From Pyrinomonadaceae bacterium (GTDB lineage Bacteria; Acidobacteriota; Blastocatellia; Pyrinomonadales; Pyrinomonadaceae), in the NCBI GenBank assembly GCA_046313635.1, contig JBKBYA010000004.1:1-64000 (forward strand): a stretch of 64,000 bases of DNA, given 5' to 3'. This document shows, piece after piece, positions 19,045 through 28,636 of this stretch. The notes under the pieces were generated by a model. It saw nothing but the letters and a program-made list of their open reading frames with translations, searched no databases and was not told the DNA's origin. The position numbers and the translations under genes are program-made. Every line of letters begins with the position of its first letter. Within the stretch, counting starts at the first letter, position 1.

Positions 19045-20700
19045 TCAATGCTTAAAATGCCGCCGACCGGTGAAGGCCATTGCTATCCCGTGCTCGTTCG
19101 CCGCGGCGATCGATTCGTCGTCGCGGACTGAGCCGCCGGGCTGGATTATTGCCGTGATACCGTAACTTGCGGCCTCGTCGATATTGTCTCGGAAGGGGAA
19201 GAATGCGTCCGACGCCAGGGCCGCGCCGGTAAGAGGCAATCCAAACCTCTCTGCACGTATCGCCGCTATCCTCACAGAATCCACGCGGTTCATCTGTCCG
19301 GCCCCGACGCCGATCGTTCGGTCGGGCCTGGCGATCACGATGGCGTTGGACTTGACGTGCTTGGCAACCCGCCAGGCGAAGTGCATCGACTTTAACTCTT
19401 CGTCGGTCGGCTGCCGCCTGGAAGCTATCCGCAGGTCAAATTCGGCGTCGTCGAGGCGATCCTTTTCCTGCACGAGGATGCCGCCCGAGATCTGTCGAAA
19501 TTCCAGTTCCGGCCCGTCAGGCCGCCTGTCGAGGGTTGCGCGTAGCAAGCGAAGGTTCTTTTTTGATCGAAGGCGTTCGAGAGCACCGGCCGAATAGTCC
19601 GGAGCGACGACAACCTCGGTAAAGATCTCCGCGACGGCCGCGGCCGCGGCCTCGTCGACCGCTCGATTGAAGGCGACGATGCCGCCAAAAGCCGAAACGG
19701 GATCGGTTGCGAGGGCCTTGCGGTAGGCCTCTTCATTCGTCGCACCGGTGCCGACGCCGGACGGATTTGTATGCTTGATTATGGCGACAGCTAGCTCGTC
19801 AAAATCCGCGACAAGAGCCCACGCGGCCTCGGCGTCGAGGTAATTGTTGTACGACATTTCCTTGCCGTGGAGCTGCTCGGCGTCGGCGATGCCTGTGCCG
19901 GCCGCGTCGACGCGATACAAGGCCGCGTGTTGGTGCGGGTTCTCACCGTAGCGGAGGTCTGTCACTTTTGCGAGTTCGAGCTCGACCCGCTCGCTCATTC
20001 CGCCGCCCTCGTCCGCCGGCTCGAGATCTTCAAGGTCCTCGATAAAGACCAGTCCGCCGAGCGGATTAAAAGGCTCAAGAAGATCGATGTCGTCCGGACT
20101 CAGCTGCCTTGCGAGATATGACGAGATCGCGAGATCGTAGCTCGCCGTGCGAGTGTATGCGAGAGTAGCGAGCCGCCGCCGCGTCTCAAGCGAGATCGCT
20201 CCGTTATTGGCCCGAAGCTCCTCGATCACCACCGGGTAAAGCCTCGGATCAGTTACCACGGCGACGTCGCGCCAGTTCTTTGACGCGGAGCGGATCATGG
20301 CCGGACCGCCGATGTCGATCTGCTCGACCGCCTCGTCGAGCGTCACGTTCTCGTTCGCAACCGTCTGCTCGAATGGATATAGATTGACGACGACCATGTC
20401 GATGGGCTCGATGTCGTGCTGCCGCATCGCGGCGACGTGTTCGGGATCATCGCGCAGTGCGAGGAACGCGCCGTGGATCTTTGGGTGCAGCGTCTTGACG
20501 CGCCCGTCCATCATCTCGGGAAAGCCGGTCACGTCCGAAACGTCACGAACGTCCAGCCCGGCTTCGCGGAGTGTTCTCGCCGTTCCGCCGGTAGAAATAA
20601 GTTCGACACCGAATGACGCGAGGCCTGACGCGAGGTCGATCAACCCTGTCTTGTCCGATACGCTTAGGAGTGCTCGTTTTATGGTTCGCAGTTCTGTCAT
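19045..20700 (-). CDS. purH: AICAR transformylase/IMP cyclohydrolase
   Basis: [46 protein letters not shown]. Confidence 0.97.
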   Translation of the reverse strand: MTELRTIKRALLSVSDKTGLIDLASGLASFGVELISTGGTARTLREAGLDVRDVSDVTGFPEMMDGRVKTLHPKIHGAFLALRDDPEHVAAMRQHDIEPIDMVVVNLYPFEQTVANENVTLDEAVEQIDIGGPAMIRSASKNWRDVAVVTDPRLYPVVIEELRANNGAISLETRRRLATLAYTRTASYDLAISSYLARQLSPDDIDLLEPFNPLGGLVFIEDLEDLEPADEGGGMSERVELELAKVTDLRYGENPHQHAALYRVDAAGTGIADAEQLHGKEMSYNNYLDAEAAWALVADFDELAVAIIKHTNPSGVGTGATNEEAYRKALATDPVSAFGGIVAFNRAVDEAAAAAVAEIFTEVVVAPDYSAGALERLRSKKNLRLLRATLDRRPDGPELEFRQISGGILVQEKDRLDDAEFDLRIASRRQPTDEELKSMHFAWRVAKHVKSNAIVIARPDRTIGVGAGQMNRVDSVRIAAIRAERFGLPLTGAALASDAFFPFRDNIDEAASYGITAIIQPGGSVRDDESIAAANEHGIAMAFTGRRHFKH

Positions 20701-20705
20701 GATCT

Positions 20706-20740
20706 AAAAACAAAAAGGCGGCCGATCGGCCGCGCTTTTT
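20706..20740 (-). terminator. Terminator-like hairpin immediately upstream of purH start
   Basis: Minus strand AAAAAG-C-GCGGCC-GATC-GGCCGC-CTTTTTGTTTTT, ending 5 nt before ATG. Confidence 0.65.
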
Positions 20741-20816
20741 CAAATAAAGTGATAATTCAGACTCGAGGACTTTTGACGGTGGTCTCGGGTCACAGGTCGC
20801 ACGCTCGAGGTCAACG

Positions 20817-20894
20817 CTAAAAGAAGAATCGACCCAAAAAGAGCAGGCTCAGCACGAAGACCAAGGCATAGATCGCGATTTTGATTAGACTCAT
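20817..20894 (-). CDS. 25-aa hydrophobic peptide MSLIKIAIYALVFVLSLLFLGRFFF
   Basis: AAGGA RBS, ATG..TAG, single TM-like stretch, downstream of a consensus-like promoter. Confidence 0.55.
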   Translation of the reverse strand: MSLIKIAIYALVFVLSLLFLGRFFF

Positions 20895-20946
20895 AAAATT
20901 CCTTATTCTGAGTTAAAGGGCCTGTCAACCGCGAGAGCAAGCACAC

Positions 20947-20975
20947 ATTCTAGTACCGCCGGATTTTCATGTCAA
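20947..20975 (-). promoter_or_regulatory. Sigma70-type promoter for the peptide/purH leader
   Basis: TTGACA (20970-20975)-N17-TAGAAT (20947-20952). Confidence 0.65.
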
Positions 20976-22447
20976 AGACAGATCAGACCGCAGCTGCCGC
21001 CATTTTGGCCGTCGTAATGCTGTGTTTTTCGACAGCGGCGGCCGGTCGATCGGTCGCGGTAAAGATATCTGTGCACGGCTCGGAGGCACGTGTCGAAGGC
21101 CGCTTTTTAGGCGTCTCAGGGATAAGAAATCTGACGTTCGTCGACGATCTTGCCGGCGTCCGAGGTCTGGCGGCGCGAGTTAGAGACGCCGCCGCACGCG
21201 CGCGGGACGGGCGTGAATTGGAGCTGCGGCGCCTTTTGCCCGGCGAGTATGTCGCTGTCGAGGACATCTCGGAGTGGAGTTACTCCCTCGATCTCTCACC
21301 GCAAAAGAGTGCCGCGGCGGCGGCCCACGCGTCATGGCTTGCGACCGACCGCGGAGTTCTGTATCTGTACGATCTGCTGCCGAGAATGCCGCGAAGCGCC
21401 GGCGCGGTCCCGGGCATCGTGAACCTCGAACTGCCGGACGCCTGGTCGGCCTTGACCGAGTCGGGTGCGGCCGGCGGCAGCGTACGGTTCGAGGCTCCGG
21501 ACGATGCAGTGATATTCGTGGGCCGCGACCTTAGAGCCGAACGCCTGCGCGCCGGCAGAATCGACGCCTTCGCAGCAACTGTCGGAACCTTCAAATTCAG
21601 CGACCGGGAGCTTCACGATACCGTCATCGAGATCTACTCGCAGTACGAGGGACTGTTTGGCTCCGCCGCCGGAGCCGGGCCGTTCGCGGTCGTTGTGACC
21701 GGCTTTCCGAACGCGGTCCCGCCCGGCTCGTGGGAGGCCGATACGCGCGGCCGGACGCTGATGATCGTCTCGTCGGATATGCCGTTCAAGAGTCAGTCGA
21801 TACAGCGGCTGCACGAGCAGCTGCGGCACGAGCTCTTTCATCTCTGGCTGCCGAACGGCGTAACTCTCACGGGCGCGTACGATTGGTTTTACGAGGGCTT
21901 CGCGCTTTACCAATCGCTGAAGCTGGCCGTCTCGCTGAATCGGATCCGTTTCGAAGACATGCTCGACACGCTCGCGCGGGCGCACGGCATCGACACGCTG
22001 CAGACGCAGAGACCCTCGCTCGCCGACGCCTCGCGAGTTCGCGTCGCGACGAGTGCGAACACTCAGGTCTATGCCCGCGGGATGCTCGTCGCGTTCCTTT
22101 GCGACCTCGCGATGCTCGAGCGGTCGAAAGGCCGGTCGTCGTCCGGCGATCTGGTGCGGGCGGTCTTTGAGAAGTACCGCCGGCCGGCGGCCTCACGCGA
22201 CGGCACCGAAGCGGTGCTCGAGCTGATGCGTTCGCGGCCGGAGCTAACCGAGATCGTCGATCGATACGTCACCGGCCGCGACGAGATCGGCTGGGACGTG
22301 CAGCTGCGCGCCGCAGGCCTCGAATCCGCACGTTCCGACTTTGGGACGACGCTGCGAGTCGTCCAAAAACCGTCGGCCCGGCAAAAGGCCGTGCTCGATA
22401 AACTAGGCTATAATAGCTGGCGAAAACTGCCGGTAAACCCGAGATGA
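20969..22447 (+). CDS. Secreted zinc metallopeptidase-like protein (M61-like)
   Basis: Signal peptide; HELFHLW..WFYEGFALY; VYARG; start uncertain. Confidence 0.75.
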   Translation: MSKTDQTAAAAILAVVMLCFSTAAAGRSVAVKISVHGSEARVEGRFLGVSGIRNLTFVDDLAGVRGLAARVRDAAARARDGRELELRRLLPGEYVAVEDISEWSYSLDLSPQKSAAAAAHASWLATDRGVLYLYDLLPRMPRSAGAVPGIVNLELPDAWSALTESGAAGGSVRFEAPDDAVIFVGRDLRAERLRAGRIDAFAATVGTFKFSDRELHDTVIEIYSQYEGLFGSAAGAGPFAVVVTGFPNAVPPGSWEADTRGRTLMIVSSDMPFKSQSIQRLHEQLRHELFHLWLPNGVTLTGAYDWFYEGFALYQSLKLAVSLNRIRFEDMLDTLARAHGIDTLQTQRPSLADASRVRVATSANTQVYARGMLVAFLCDLAMLERSKGRSSSGDLVRAVFEKYRRPAASRDGTEAVLELMRSRPELTEIVDRYVTGRDEIGWDVQLRAAGLESARSDFGTTLRVVQKPSARQKAVLDKLGYNSWRKLPVNPR

Positions 22448-23574
22448 GAATTCGTTCCCTCACACTTTTTGTATTGCTGCTGTGCTGCCTTGCCGCGTCG
22501 GGCTGCGGCGTGGTGGATCAGGCCGTTAGCGGCGTGTCGAGCATTGTCGGACTGAACGACACGGCCGTTGTCATCGCAAAGACCGCGCAGATCCGCACGT
22601 CATACGCCGTCGTCGCGGCCGACCTGCTCGAGGTAAAGCGCAACGACCAGCTCGACATACTCGACCAGGTCGAGTTTGAGAAGGTGCTGTGGTACCGCGT
22701 CCGGGCCCACGACGAGGCGAAGACCGAAGGCTGGATCGAGGCGCAGAACGTCATCACGAGCGACGTCCTCGACAAGTCGAAAAAGCTTGCCGAAGAGTTT
22801 GCGAACGTTCCGGCCCAATCCGCCGGTCAGCTTCGCGCCGCGTCCAACCTCCGGCTCGCGCCCGAGATGAAGCCGGAGAACGTTCTCTTTAAGCTCGCGG
22901 GCGGTTCGAGCTTTGAGATCATGGGCTGGCAGTACGTGCCGAAGCAGGAGGCGGGCGACGACGTCGATTCGAATTCGGCCGGCAGATCGCGGCGTTCGCG
23001 CAGCGAGGAGATCGACGCCGCCCGCGAAGAGAACGAACCCGAAAAGCTCGACGACAAATACGACATCTGGTACAAGGTGCGGCTCGACCGCTCTGTGTCG
23101 CCGGCGCCGGCGGGATGGCTCTTCGGTCGCCAGGTCGAGCTTCAGATCCCGAGCGACATCGTTTACTTTCAGTCCAACAATCGAAAGTTCATCGCATGGC
23201 AGCGGCTCGATGCCGAGAATGCCGAAAAAGGCGCCGTAGGCCGCGCGACGACGCCCGGCAACTGGGTCGTGCTGTCTCGCACGAACGCCGTCAAGGCGAT
23301 CGACGGCGTCGAGCCGGATTTTGACGGTATCGTCGTGCTCGCATTCGACAAGTACGACCAGAGCTACTACACCGCGTGGCGCTCGTCCGGCGACGTCTGG
23401 GGCCAGCTTCCGATGCGGATCGAGGGCACGGGCGACAGCAAGTCGGTCATCCTCAGGCTCCGCGGGCCCGACGGTCAGATCGTCGAAAAGCGTTTTTCGA
23501 TCTTCAAGGACAAGAGCCGCGTCCGTGTCACGCCGCCCGAGGACATCGCGCAGTTTCAAACCAGATCCAAATGA
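22444..23574 (+). CDS. SH3-like domain lipoprotein
   Basis: ASGC lipobox; WYRVR..EGWI and WYKVRL..GWL. Confidence 0.75.
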   Translation: MRIRSLTLFVLLLCCLAASGCGVVDQAVSGVSSIVGLNDTAVVIAKTAQIRTSYAVVAADLLEVKRNDQLDILDQVEFEKVLWYRVRAHDEAKTEGWIEAQNVITSDVLDKSKKLAEEFANVPAQSAGQLRAASNLRLAPEMKPENVLFKLAGGSSFEIMGWQYVPKQEAGDDVDSNSAGRSRRSRSEEIDAAREENEPEKLDDKYDIWYKVRLDRSVSPAPAGWLFGRQVELQIPSDIVYFQSNNRKFIAWQRLDAENAEKGAVGRATTPGNWVVLSRTNAVKAIDGVEPDFDGIVVLAFDKYDQSYYTAWRSSGDVWGQLPMRIEGTGDSKSVILRLRGPDGQIVEKRFSIFKDKSRVRVTPPEDIAQFQTRSK

Positions 23575-23864
23575 GCGAAGCAGACACGCCCTTCTCAGAT
23601 CCGGTCGAGATCGAGATCACGGACTCGATCGACCTCCACGCCTTCAGGCCTGAGGACATCAGGGCGGTCGTTAGGGAATATCTCGCCGAGGCCCGGCGGC
23701 GCGGCTTTAAGGTCGTGCGGCTTATTCACGGCAAAGGGATCGGTGTGCAGCGCGAGGCGGTCAGGAGCGTGCTTGCGGAGACGTCGTTTGTAAGGTCGAT
23801 CAAGAACGCTCCCGAGTTCTCGGGCAGTTGGGGAGCAACGATCGCGGAGCTCGATCTCGAGTAA
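23571..23864 (+). CDS. Smr domain protein
   Basis: SIDLHAF, RLIHGKGIG, GSWGATI. Confidence 0.92.
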   Translation: MSEADTPFSDPVEIEITDSIDLHAFRPEDIRAVVREYLAEARRRGFKVVRLIHGKGIGVQREAVRSVLAETSFVRSIKNAPEFSGSWGATIAELDLE

Positions 23865-23867
23865 AGG

Positions 23868-24125
23868 CTATCGGTCGTCGATGATGTCGGCCCAGACCTC
23901 GTCCGAGGCCGCTCCTGCCGTTCGTGCGATGAGTTCGTCCTGATTGGCGATCCGCTCTTCGGCTTCTGAGAGACGGGCGGCGAGCTTCTTGCATTGAAGT
24001 TCGAGATCGTGAATGTGATGCTTGCGCTGCTTGTCGACGCGGTCGAGGTAAAACATGTATGTGAACTGCAGACCGGTTATCCCGAGCAGTACGAGGGAAA
24101 GACAGATCAGCGAATAAAGCAGCAT
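23868..24125 (-). CDS. Small membrane-anchored coiled-coil protein
   Basis: N-terminal TM helix then heptad-like segment. Confidence 0.7.
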   Translation of the reverse strand: MLLYSLICLSLVLLGITGLQFTYMFYLDRVDKQRKHHIHDLELQCKKLAARLSEAEERIANQDELIARTAGAASDEVWADIIDDR

Positions 24126-24223
24126 TGGATCGACCCCTTGTCTCGAACTCTTTTTCCCGATTATAGCTTTGACCTCAGCCGGCGTAAACGTAAAATTCAA
24201 GTGACAGCCCCGACGAGTGCTTT

Positions 24224-25111
24224 ATGAATGAGGACATAGTCAATTCCATCCCTGACGCGCCGGTGCTCGGCCGGCGAGAGTTTTTTGTCACGTCGATCTT
24301 TGCCGCCGGAACGTTTGCGGCGGCGGTCTCGCCGATCGCGGCGCAGACGCGCATCGTGACCGACGACAAGGGGCTGATCACCGGCGAGGTCAAGATACCG
24401 GTCGCCGACGGCGAGATCCCTGCATATCGTGCGATGCCCGAAGGCAAGGGAAAAAAGTTTCCGGTCGTGCTGGTCGTGCATGAGATCTTCGGCGTGCACG
24501 AGTGGATCCAGGACGTGGCCCGCCGCTTTGCCAAACTAGGTTTTATGGCGATCGCACCGGCGCTTTACGCGCGGCAGGGCGAGGTCAAGGACCTCAAGGA
24601 TGCACGCGAGCTGCAGCGCGAGATCTTTACAAAGATCCCCGACAAGCAATCGATGGCCGATCTTGACGCGACCGTCGCTTGGGCCGCTAAGAACGGAGGC
24701 AATACCAAAAAGCTCTCGATCACGGGCTTTTGCTGGGGCGGCCGCATCGTTTGGCTCTACGCGGCGCACAATCCGAAGGTCGACGCCGGCGCCGCATGGT
24801 ACGGCCGTGTCGAGCCGACCCGCAATTCGCCCGTCAACGCGGCCCAGCCGACGACTCCGATCGACCACGCAAAAGATCTAAAGGTGCCGGTACTCGGCCT
24901 ATACGGCGGCAAGGACACAGGCATTCCCGTCGAGGGCGTCAAACGAATGGAGGCCGAGCTCAAAAAGGGCAGATCGCGGTCGGAGATCCTCATCTACCCC
25001 GAAGCGGGCCACGGCTTTCTTGCCGATTATCGCCAGTCGTACAACAAGGCGGCGGCCGAGGACGCGTGGCAGAAAATGATCGACTGGTTCAAGCGGCACG
25101 GGGCGTCTTAA
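24224..25111 (+). CDS. Dienelactone hydrolase family protein (Tat signal)
   Basis: RREFF; HEIFGV; GFCWGG; GHGF. Confidence 0.93.
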   Translation: MNEDIVNSIPDAPVLGRREFFVTSIFAAGTFAAAVSPIAAQTRIVTDDKGLITGEVKIPVADGEIPAYRAMPEGKGKKFPVVLVVHEIFGVHEWIQDVARRFAKLGFMAIAPALYARQGEVKDLKDARELQREIFTKIPDKQSMADLDATVAWAAKNGGNTKKLSITGFCWGGRIVWLYAAHNPKVDAGAAWYGRVEPTRNSPVNAAQPTTPIDHAKDLKVPVLGLYGGKDTGIPVEGVKRMEAELKKGRSRSEILIYPEAGHGFLADYRQSYNKAAAEDAWQKMIDWFKRHGAS

Positions 25112-25135
25112 GACGGCGATCGGATTAATTCAAAA

Positions 25136-25570
25136 ATGACCGAACAAAATCTACAGCTTGTTTACACGCTCATGTGCGACGACGTGCGCATCGAGATGGG
25201 CAACAAGATCTCTCTGATGGGGATCTTTCAAAACATCATGGTCGAAAAGCTGCCAGTCTCGCTGATCAAATTTGCCGTGATCAACCACTGGACCGGCGAG
25301 GGCAATCACGAGACCGAGGTGCGTATCGTCTCGCCCGATCGCTCGAATCTGATCGTCACGTCCCAGCCGACCCCGATCGAGCTTGCGGCCGGCGGCTATA
25401 CCGACAACGTGAGTTTCTTTGTGAACGTCGTCTTTCCGGCGGCCGGCACGTATTGGGTTCAGACCCTTGCGGACAAGGTCGTTATGGACGAATTTCCGCT
25501 TATCGTCGCGGACTCGGCGAGCATCAACAACTACAGGCCGCCCGACGAGATCACCGAGACGGTCAACTAG
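25136..25570 (+). CDS. Conserved hypothetical beta-sandwich protein
   Basis: CDDVR.E.GNKISLMGIF..F...GTY pattern. Confidence 0.75.
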   Translation: MTEQNLQLVYTLMCDDVRIEMGNKISLMGIFQNIMVEKLPVSLIKFAVINHWTGEGNHETEVRIVSPDRSNLIVTSQPTPIELAAGGYTDNVSFFVNVVFPAAGTYWVQTLADKVVMDEFPLIVADSASINNYRPPDEITETVN

Positions 25571-25572
25571 GT

Positions 25573-25600
25573 AAAAAGCCCGCCGGAGTGGCGGGCTTCT
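25573..25600. terminator. Bidirectional terminator
   Basis: AAAAAGCCCGCC-GGAGT-GGCGGGCTTCT between convergent genes. Confidence 0.8.
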
Positions 25601-25623
25601 AGTTTACGGTACGAGATCTTTGC

Positions 25624-26262
25624 TCACTTCGGCAGATCGAGTGAGATCGCAAGCCGATATATCGCCGGTTCGCTGACCTCGATCTCCTTGCTGCCGCTGA
25701 CACCTTTGAATGTCGCGGTGACCCGCAGCTTTGCCGCGCCGGCCGGGCGGCGGAATGTGAATTCGCCGCTCTCGCTCGCGTACGACGTCGCGAGCCGGCG
25801 TGTCGAACCGTCGCCGTTGACGATCTCGAGCCTGATCTCGGCGCCCGGGATACTCGTCCCCTGCGACGTAAACACGCTGCCCTTGACGATGACCTGCGTT
25901 CCCTCGTCTGCGCCGAGCACGAGGCGGTCGCCGAGGTCGGCGATCTTTTTACGCTGCACCTCGACGTCGTAAAGGATGCCGCGGCTGTAGCCGTTCGCCT
26001 CGAATACGAAGTTATAGAGGCCCGGCTCGAGACCGTCGAGGACGAATTCGCCCTTTGGTCCGGCCTTGACCGTCTTGAGATCGACGCCCTTGTGACGAGC
26101 GGTCACGGTAGCTCCCGCGATGCCGGCGCCGCTTCGGGACCTGACCTTTCCTTTAACGCCGCCGGTACTCTGCGCATACGCCGAAACGGCAAAAAGCAAG
26201 AGCGAAACTACCGTGACCGCAGCAAGACGCGCCGCGGCCGTGATGTGTGAAGTCCTATGCAT
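25624..26262 (-). CDS. Carboxypeptidase regulatory-like domain protein
   Basis: Signal peptide; two G.V....G..I.GA.V repeats. Confidence 0.8.
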   Translation of the reverse strand: MHRTSHITAAARLAAVTVVSLLLFAVSAYAQSTGGVKGKVRSRSGAGIAGATVTARHKGVDLKTVKAGPKGEFVLDGLEPGLYNFVFEANGYSRGILYDVEVQRKKIADLGDRLVLGADEGTQVIVKGSVFTSQGTSIPGAEIRLEIVNGDGSTRRLATSYASESGEFTFRRPAGAAKLRVTATFKGVSGSKEIEVSEPAIYRLAISLDLPK

Positions 26263-27238
26263 TTGCTGACTCGGCCGCCTGCTGGCGATAGTCGGCGGCC
26301 ACATCATTGATGATTTCGGCGAGCGAACGGGTTGGCCGGTAGCCGATCAGCCGCCTCGCCTTTTCGAGACTCGGGACGCGCCTCTGCATGTCCTCAAAGC
26401 CCTCGCCGTAAACCTCTTCGTACGGGACGAATTTGAGTTCGCTCTTGCTGCCGGTCAGCTCGATCGCCTTTTCGGCGAGCTGCCGGATCGAGGTCTCTTC
26501 GTCGTTGCCGAGGTTGATCACCTGGCCAAAGCACTCAGGCGTCTCGAGCACTTTGACGAGCCCGTCGACGACGTCTAGCACGTGCCCGAAGCATCGCGAC
26601 TGCGTGCCGTCGCCGTGGATCTCGATCGGCTCGCCGCGGACCGCCGAGTGGACAAATCGCGGCACGACCATCCCGTACTGACCGGTCTGACGCGGGCCGA
26701 CCGTGTTAAAGAGTCGAACGACGACGGCCGGCAGGCGAGTCTCTTTCCAGTGGGCGAGGGCAAGAAATTCGTCGAGTGTCTTGGCGCAGGCGTAGGCCCA
26801 GCGGTGCTTGTCGGTCGCTCCGGTCAGCAGGTCATCCTCCTCGCGAAAGGGAACCGACGCACCTTTGCCGTAAACCTCGGACGTGCTCGGTATCAAGACG
26901 CGCTTGCGGTAGCGCGAGCAGAAGCCGAGCACGACGTCCGTTCCGCGAAAGATCGTTTCGATCGTCTGCACCGGCCGCTCCATTATGAGCCGCACGCCGA
27001 CGGCGCTCGCCATGTGATAGACACGGTCGGTCTCGCGAATGAGCTCCTCCATCAGGCGCTCGTTAAGGACCGTGTCGATGATCAGCCGAAACCGGTCGTG
27101 CTCCTCGAGATGAGCGACGTTTGAGTAGCGGCCGGTCGACAGATTGTCGATGACAGTGATCTCGTGGCCCTCGCCGAGCAGTCGGTCGGCGAGATGACTT
27201 CCGATAAATCCGGCACCGCCGGTGATGAGTATCTTCAT
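26255..27238 (-). CDS. NAD-dependent nucleotide-sugar epimerase/dehydratase
   Basis: [30 protein letters not shown]. Confidence 0.92.
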   Translation of the reverse strand: MKILITGGAGFIGSHLADRLLGEGHEITVIDNLSTGRYSNVAHLEEHDRFRLIIDTVLNERLMEELIRETDRVYHMASAVGVRLIMERPVQTIETIFRGTDVVLGFCSRYRKRVLIPSTSEVYGKGASVPFREEDDLLTGATDKHRWAYACAKTLDEFLALAHWKETRLPAVVVRLFNTVGPRQTGQYGMVVPRFVHSAVRGEPIEIHGDGTQSRCFGHVLDVVDGLVKVLETPECFGQVINLGNDEETSIRQLAEKAIELTGSKSELKFVPYEEVYGEGFEDMQRRVPSLEKARRLIGYRPTRSLAEIINDVAADYRQQAAESANA

Positions 27239-27254
27239 AGATCGTTTAAGTTTC

Positions 27255-28211
27255 TTATGCCGCGGCTGTGAGTTCGACGCCGAGTTCGCCGGCGAAGTAT
27301 GCGGCCGTCCGTCTGAGTCCTTCGGCAAGCTGCACGGTCGGCTGCCATTTGAGCAGACCGCGAGCACGCTCGATATTCGGCTGGCGCTGCTTCGGGTCGT
27401 CGGCGGGCAGCGGCAGATACTTGACCCGCACCTCGCGGCCCGTGGCTTTGCCCACCTCGCGGGCCAGCTCGTTCATCGTGAATTCGCTCGGGTTGCCGAT
27501 ATTGACCGGCATATGGATGTCGTCGCCCTCGGCGGCCATCAGTTTGATCAGGCCGTCGACGAGGTCGCTCACGTAGCAGAATGAGCGCGTCTGCGTGCCG
27601 TCGCCGTAGATCGTCAGCTCCTCGCCGCGCAGCGCCTGGACGACGAAGTTCGACACGACGCGGCCGTCATTCTCGAGCATCCGCTCGCCGTATGTGTTGA
27701 ATATGCGCACGATCCGCGTATCGACCCCGTTCTGCCGGTGATAGTCCATCATCAGTGTCTCGGCGACGCGCTTGCCCTCGTCGTAGCAGCTGCGCAGGCC
27801 GATCGGGTTGACGTTGCCCCAGTAGTCCTCGGTCTGCGGGTGAACGATCGGGTCGCCGTACACCTCCGACGTCGAAGCCTGCAGTATCCGCGCCCTGACG
27901 CGCTTTGCGAGGCCGAGCATATTGATCGTGCCCATTACGTTGGTCTTCACGGTCTTGACCGGATTGAACTGGTAATGCACGGGCGATGCGGGGCACGCGA
28001 GATTGTAGATCTGATCGACCTCGAGCAGGATCGGCTCGGTCACGTCGTGTCGCACCAGCTCGAAGCGATGATCGTCGAGAAGGTGCGCGATATTCTGCTT
28101 GCGGCCGGTAAAAAAATTGTCGACGCAGATCACGTCATTGCCCTCGGCCAGGAGCCGCTCGCAAAGATGCGACCCGATAAACCCGGCGCCGCCGGTAACC
28201 AGAATTCTCAT
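27255..28211 (-). CDS. UDP-glucuronate decarboxylase family SDR
   Basis: [37 protein letters not shown]. Confidence 0.93.
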   Translation of the reverse strand: MRILVTGGAGFIGSHLCERLLAEGNDVICVDNFFTGRKQNIAHLLDDHRFELVRHDVTEPILLEVDQIYNLACPASPVHYQFNPVKTVKTNVMGTINMLGLAKRVRARILQASTSEVYGDPIVHPQTEDYWGNVNPIGLRSCYDEGKRVAETLMMDYHRQNGVDTRIVRIFNTYGERMLENDGRVVSNFVVQALRGEELTIYGDGTQTRSFCYVSDLVDGLIKLMAAEGDDIHMPVNIGNPSEFTMNELAREVGKATGREVRVKYLPLPADDPKQRQPNIERARGLLKWQPTVQLAEGLRRTAAYFAGELGVELTAAA

Positions 28212-28233
28212 AAGATCAGCTAGTAGGAGTTGC

Positions 28234-28412
28234 TCAAGGATCTTCCTGCTCGGCCTCTTTAAGCCCGGCCTCATCTTTCGGCCGAGCGGCCGCCTCTTTT
28301 GTGATCATCAAAGAATCGATATCGAGGATGCGTATCGAGCGGCCCTCGAGGTCGACTTCGATCGAATGATCGATCGGATCTTATTCTGCGCCGCTCTGAA
28401 TAGATCGATCAT
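28234..28412 (-). pseudogene. Internally deleted remnant of a putative nucleotidyltransferase gene
   Basis: Start MIDLFRAAQ overlaps the upstream stop (ATGA); another frame gives [31 protein letters not shown]. Confidence 0.55.
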
Positions 28413-28627
28413 TCGTCCCGATTCCGGATCGCCTTCGCAACCCTCATCGCCGCTTCGAAGCCCACGACCGAATTGACCGCCTCATCGTTTGCCCGAATTC
28501 TCTCGGCCGGGGACATCCGAAGATTCTCGGCGATCTGGGTCAGATCTATCCCATACTCGCGAGCCTCGGCGATCTTGCCGCCCTTCGCAGGATGAAGGAG
28601 TCTCTGGATGGCACGTTGCGACTTCAC
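28409..28627 (-). CDS. Small hypothetical protein (possible partner of the nucleotidyltransferase remnant)
   Basis: AREYGIDLTQIAENLRMSPAERI; translationally coupled to the remnant. Confidence 0.65.
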   Translation of the reverse strand: MKSQRAIQRLLHPAKGGKIAEAREYGIDLTQIAENLRMSPAERIRANDEAVNSVVGFEAAMRVAKAIRNRDE

Positions 28628-28636
28628 AGCACCATT

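Noticed and set aside
20706..20812. Canonical ZTP (pfl) or PRPP (ykkC) riboswitch call for purH
   Set aside because: Conserved motifs not found; kept only as an unclassified leader.
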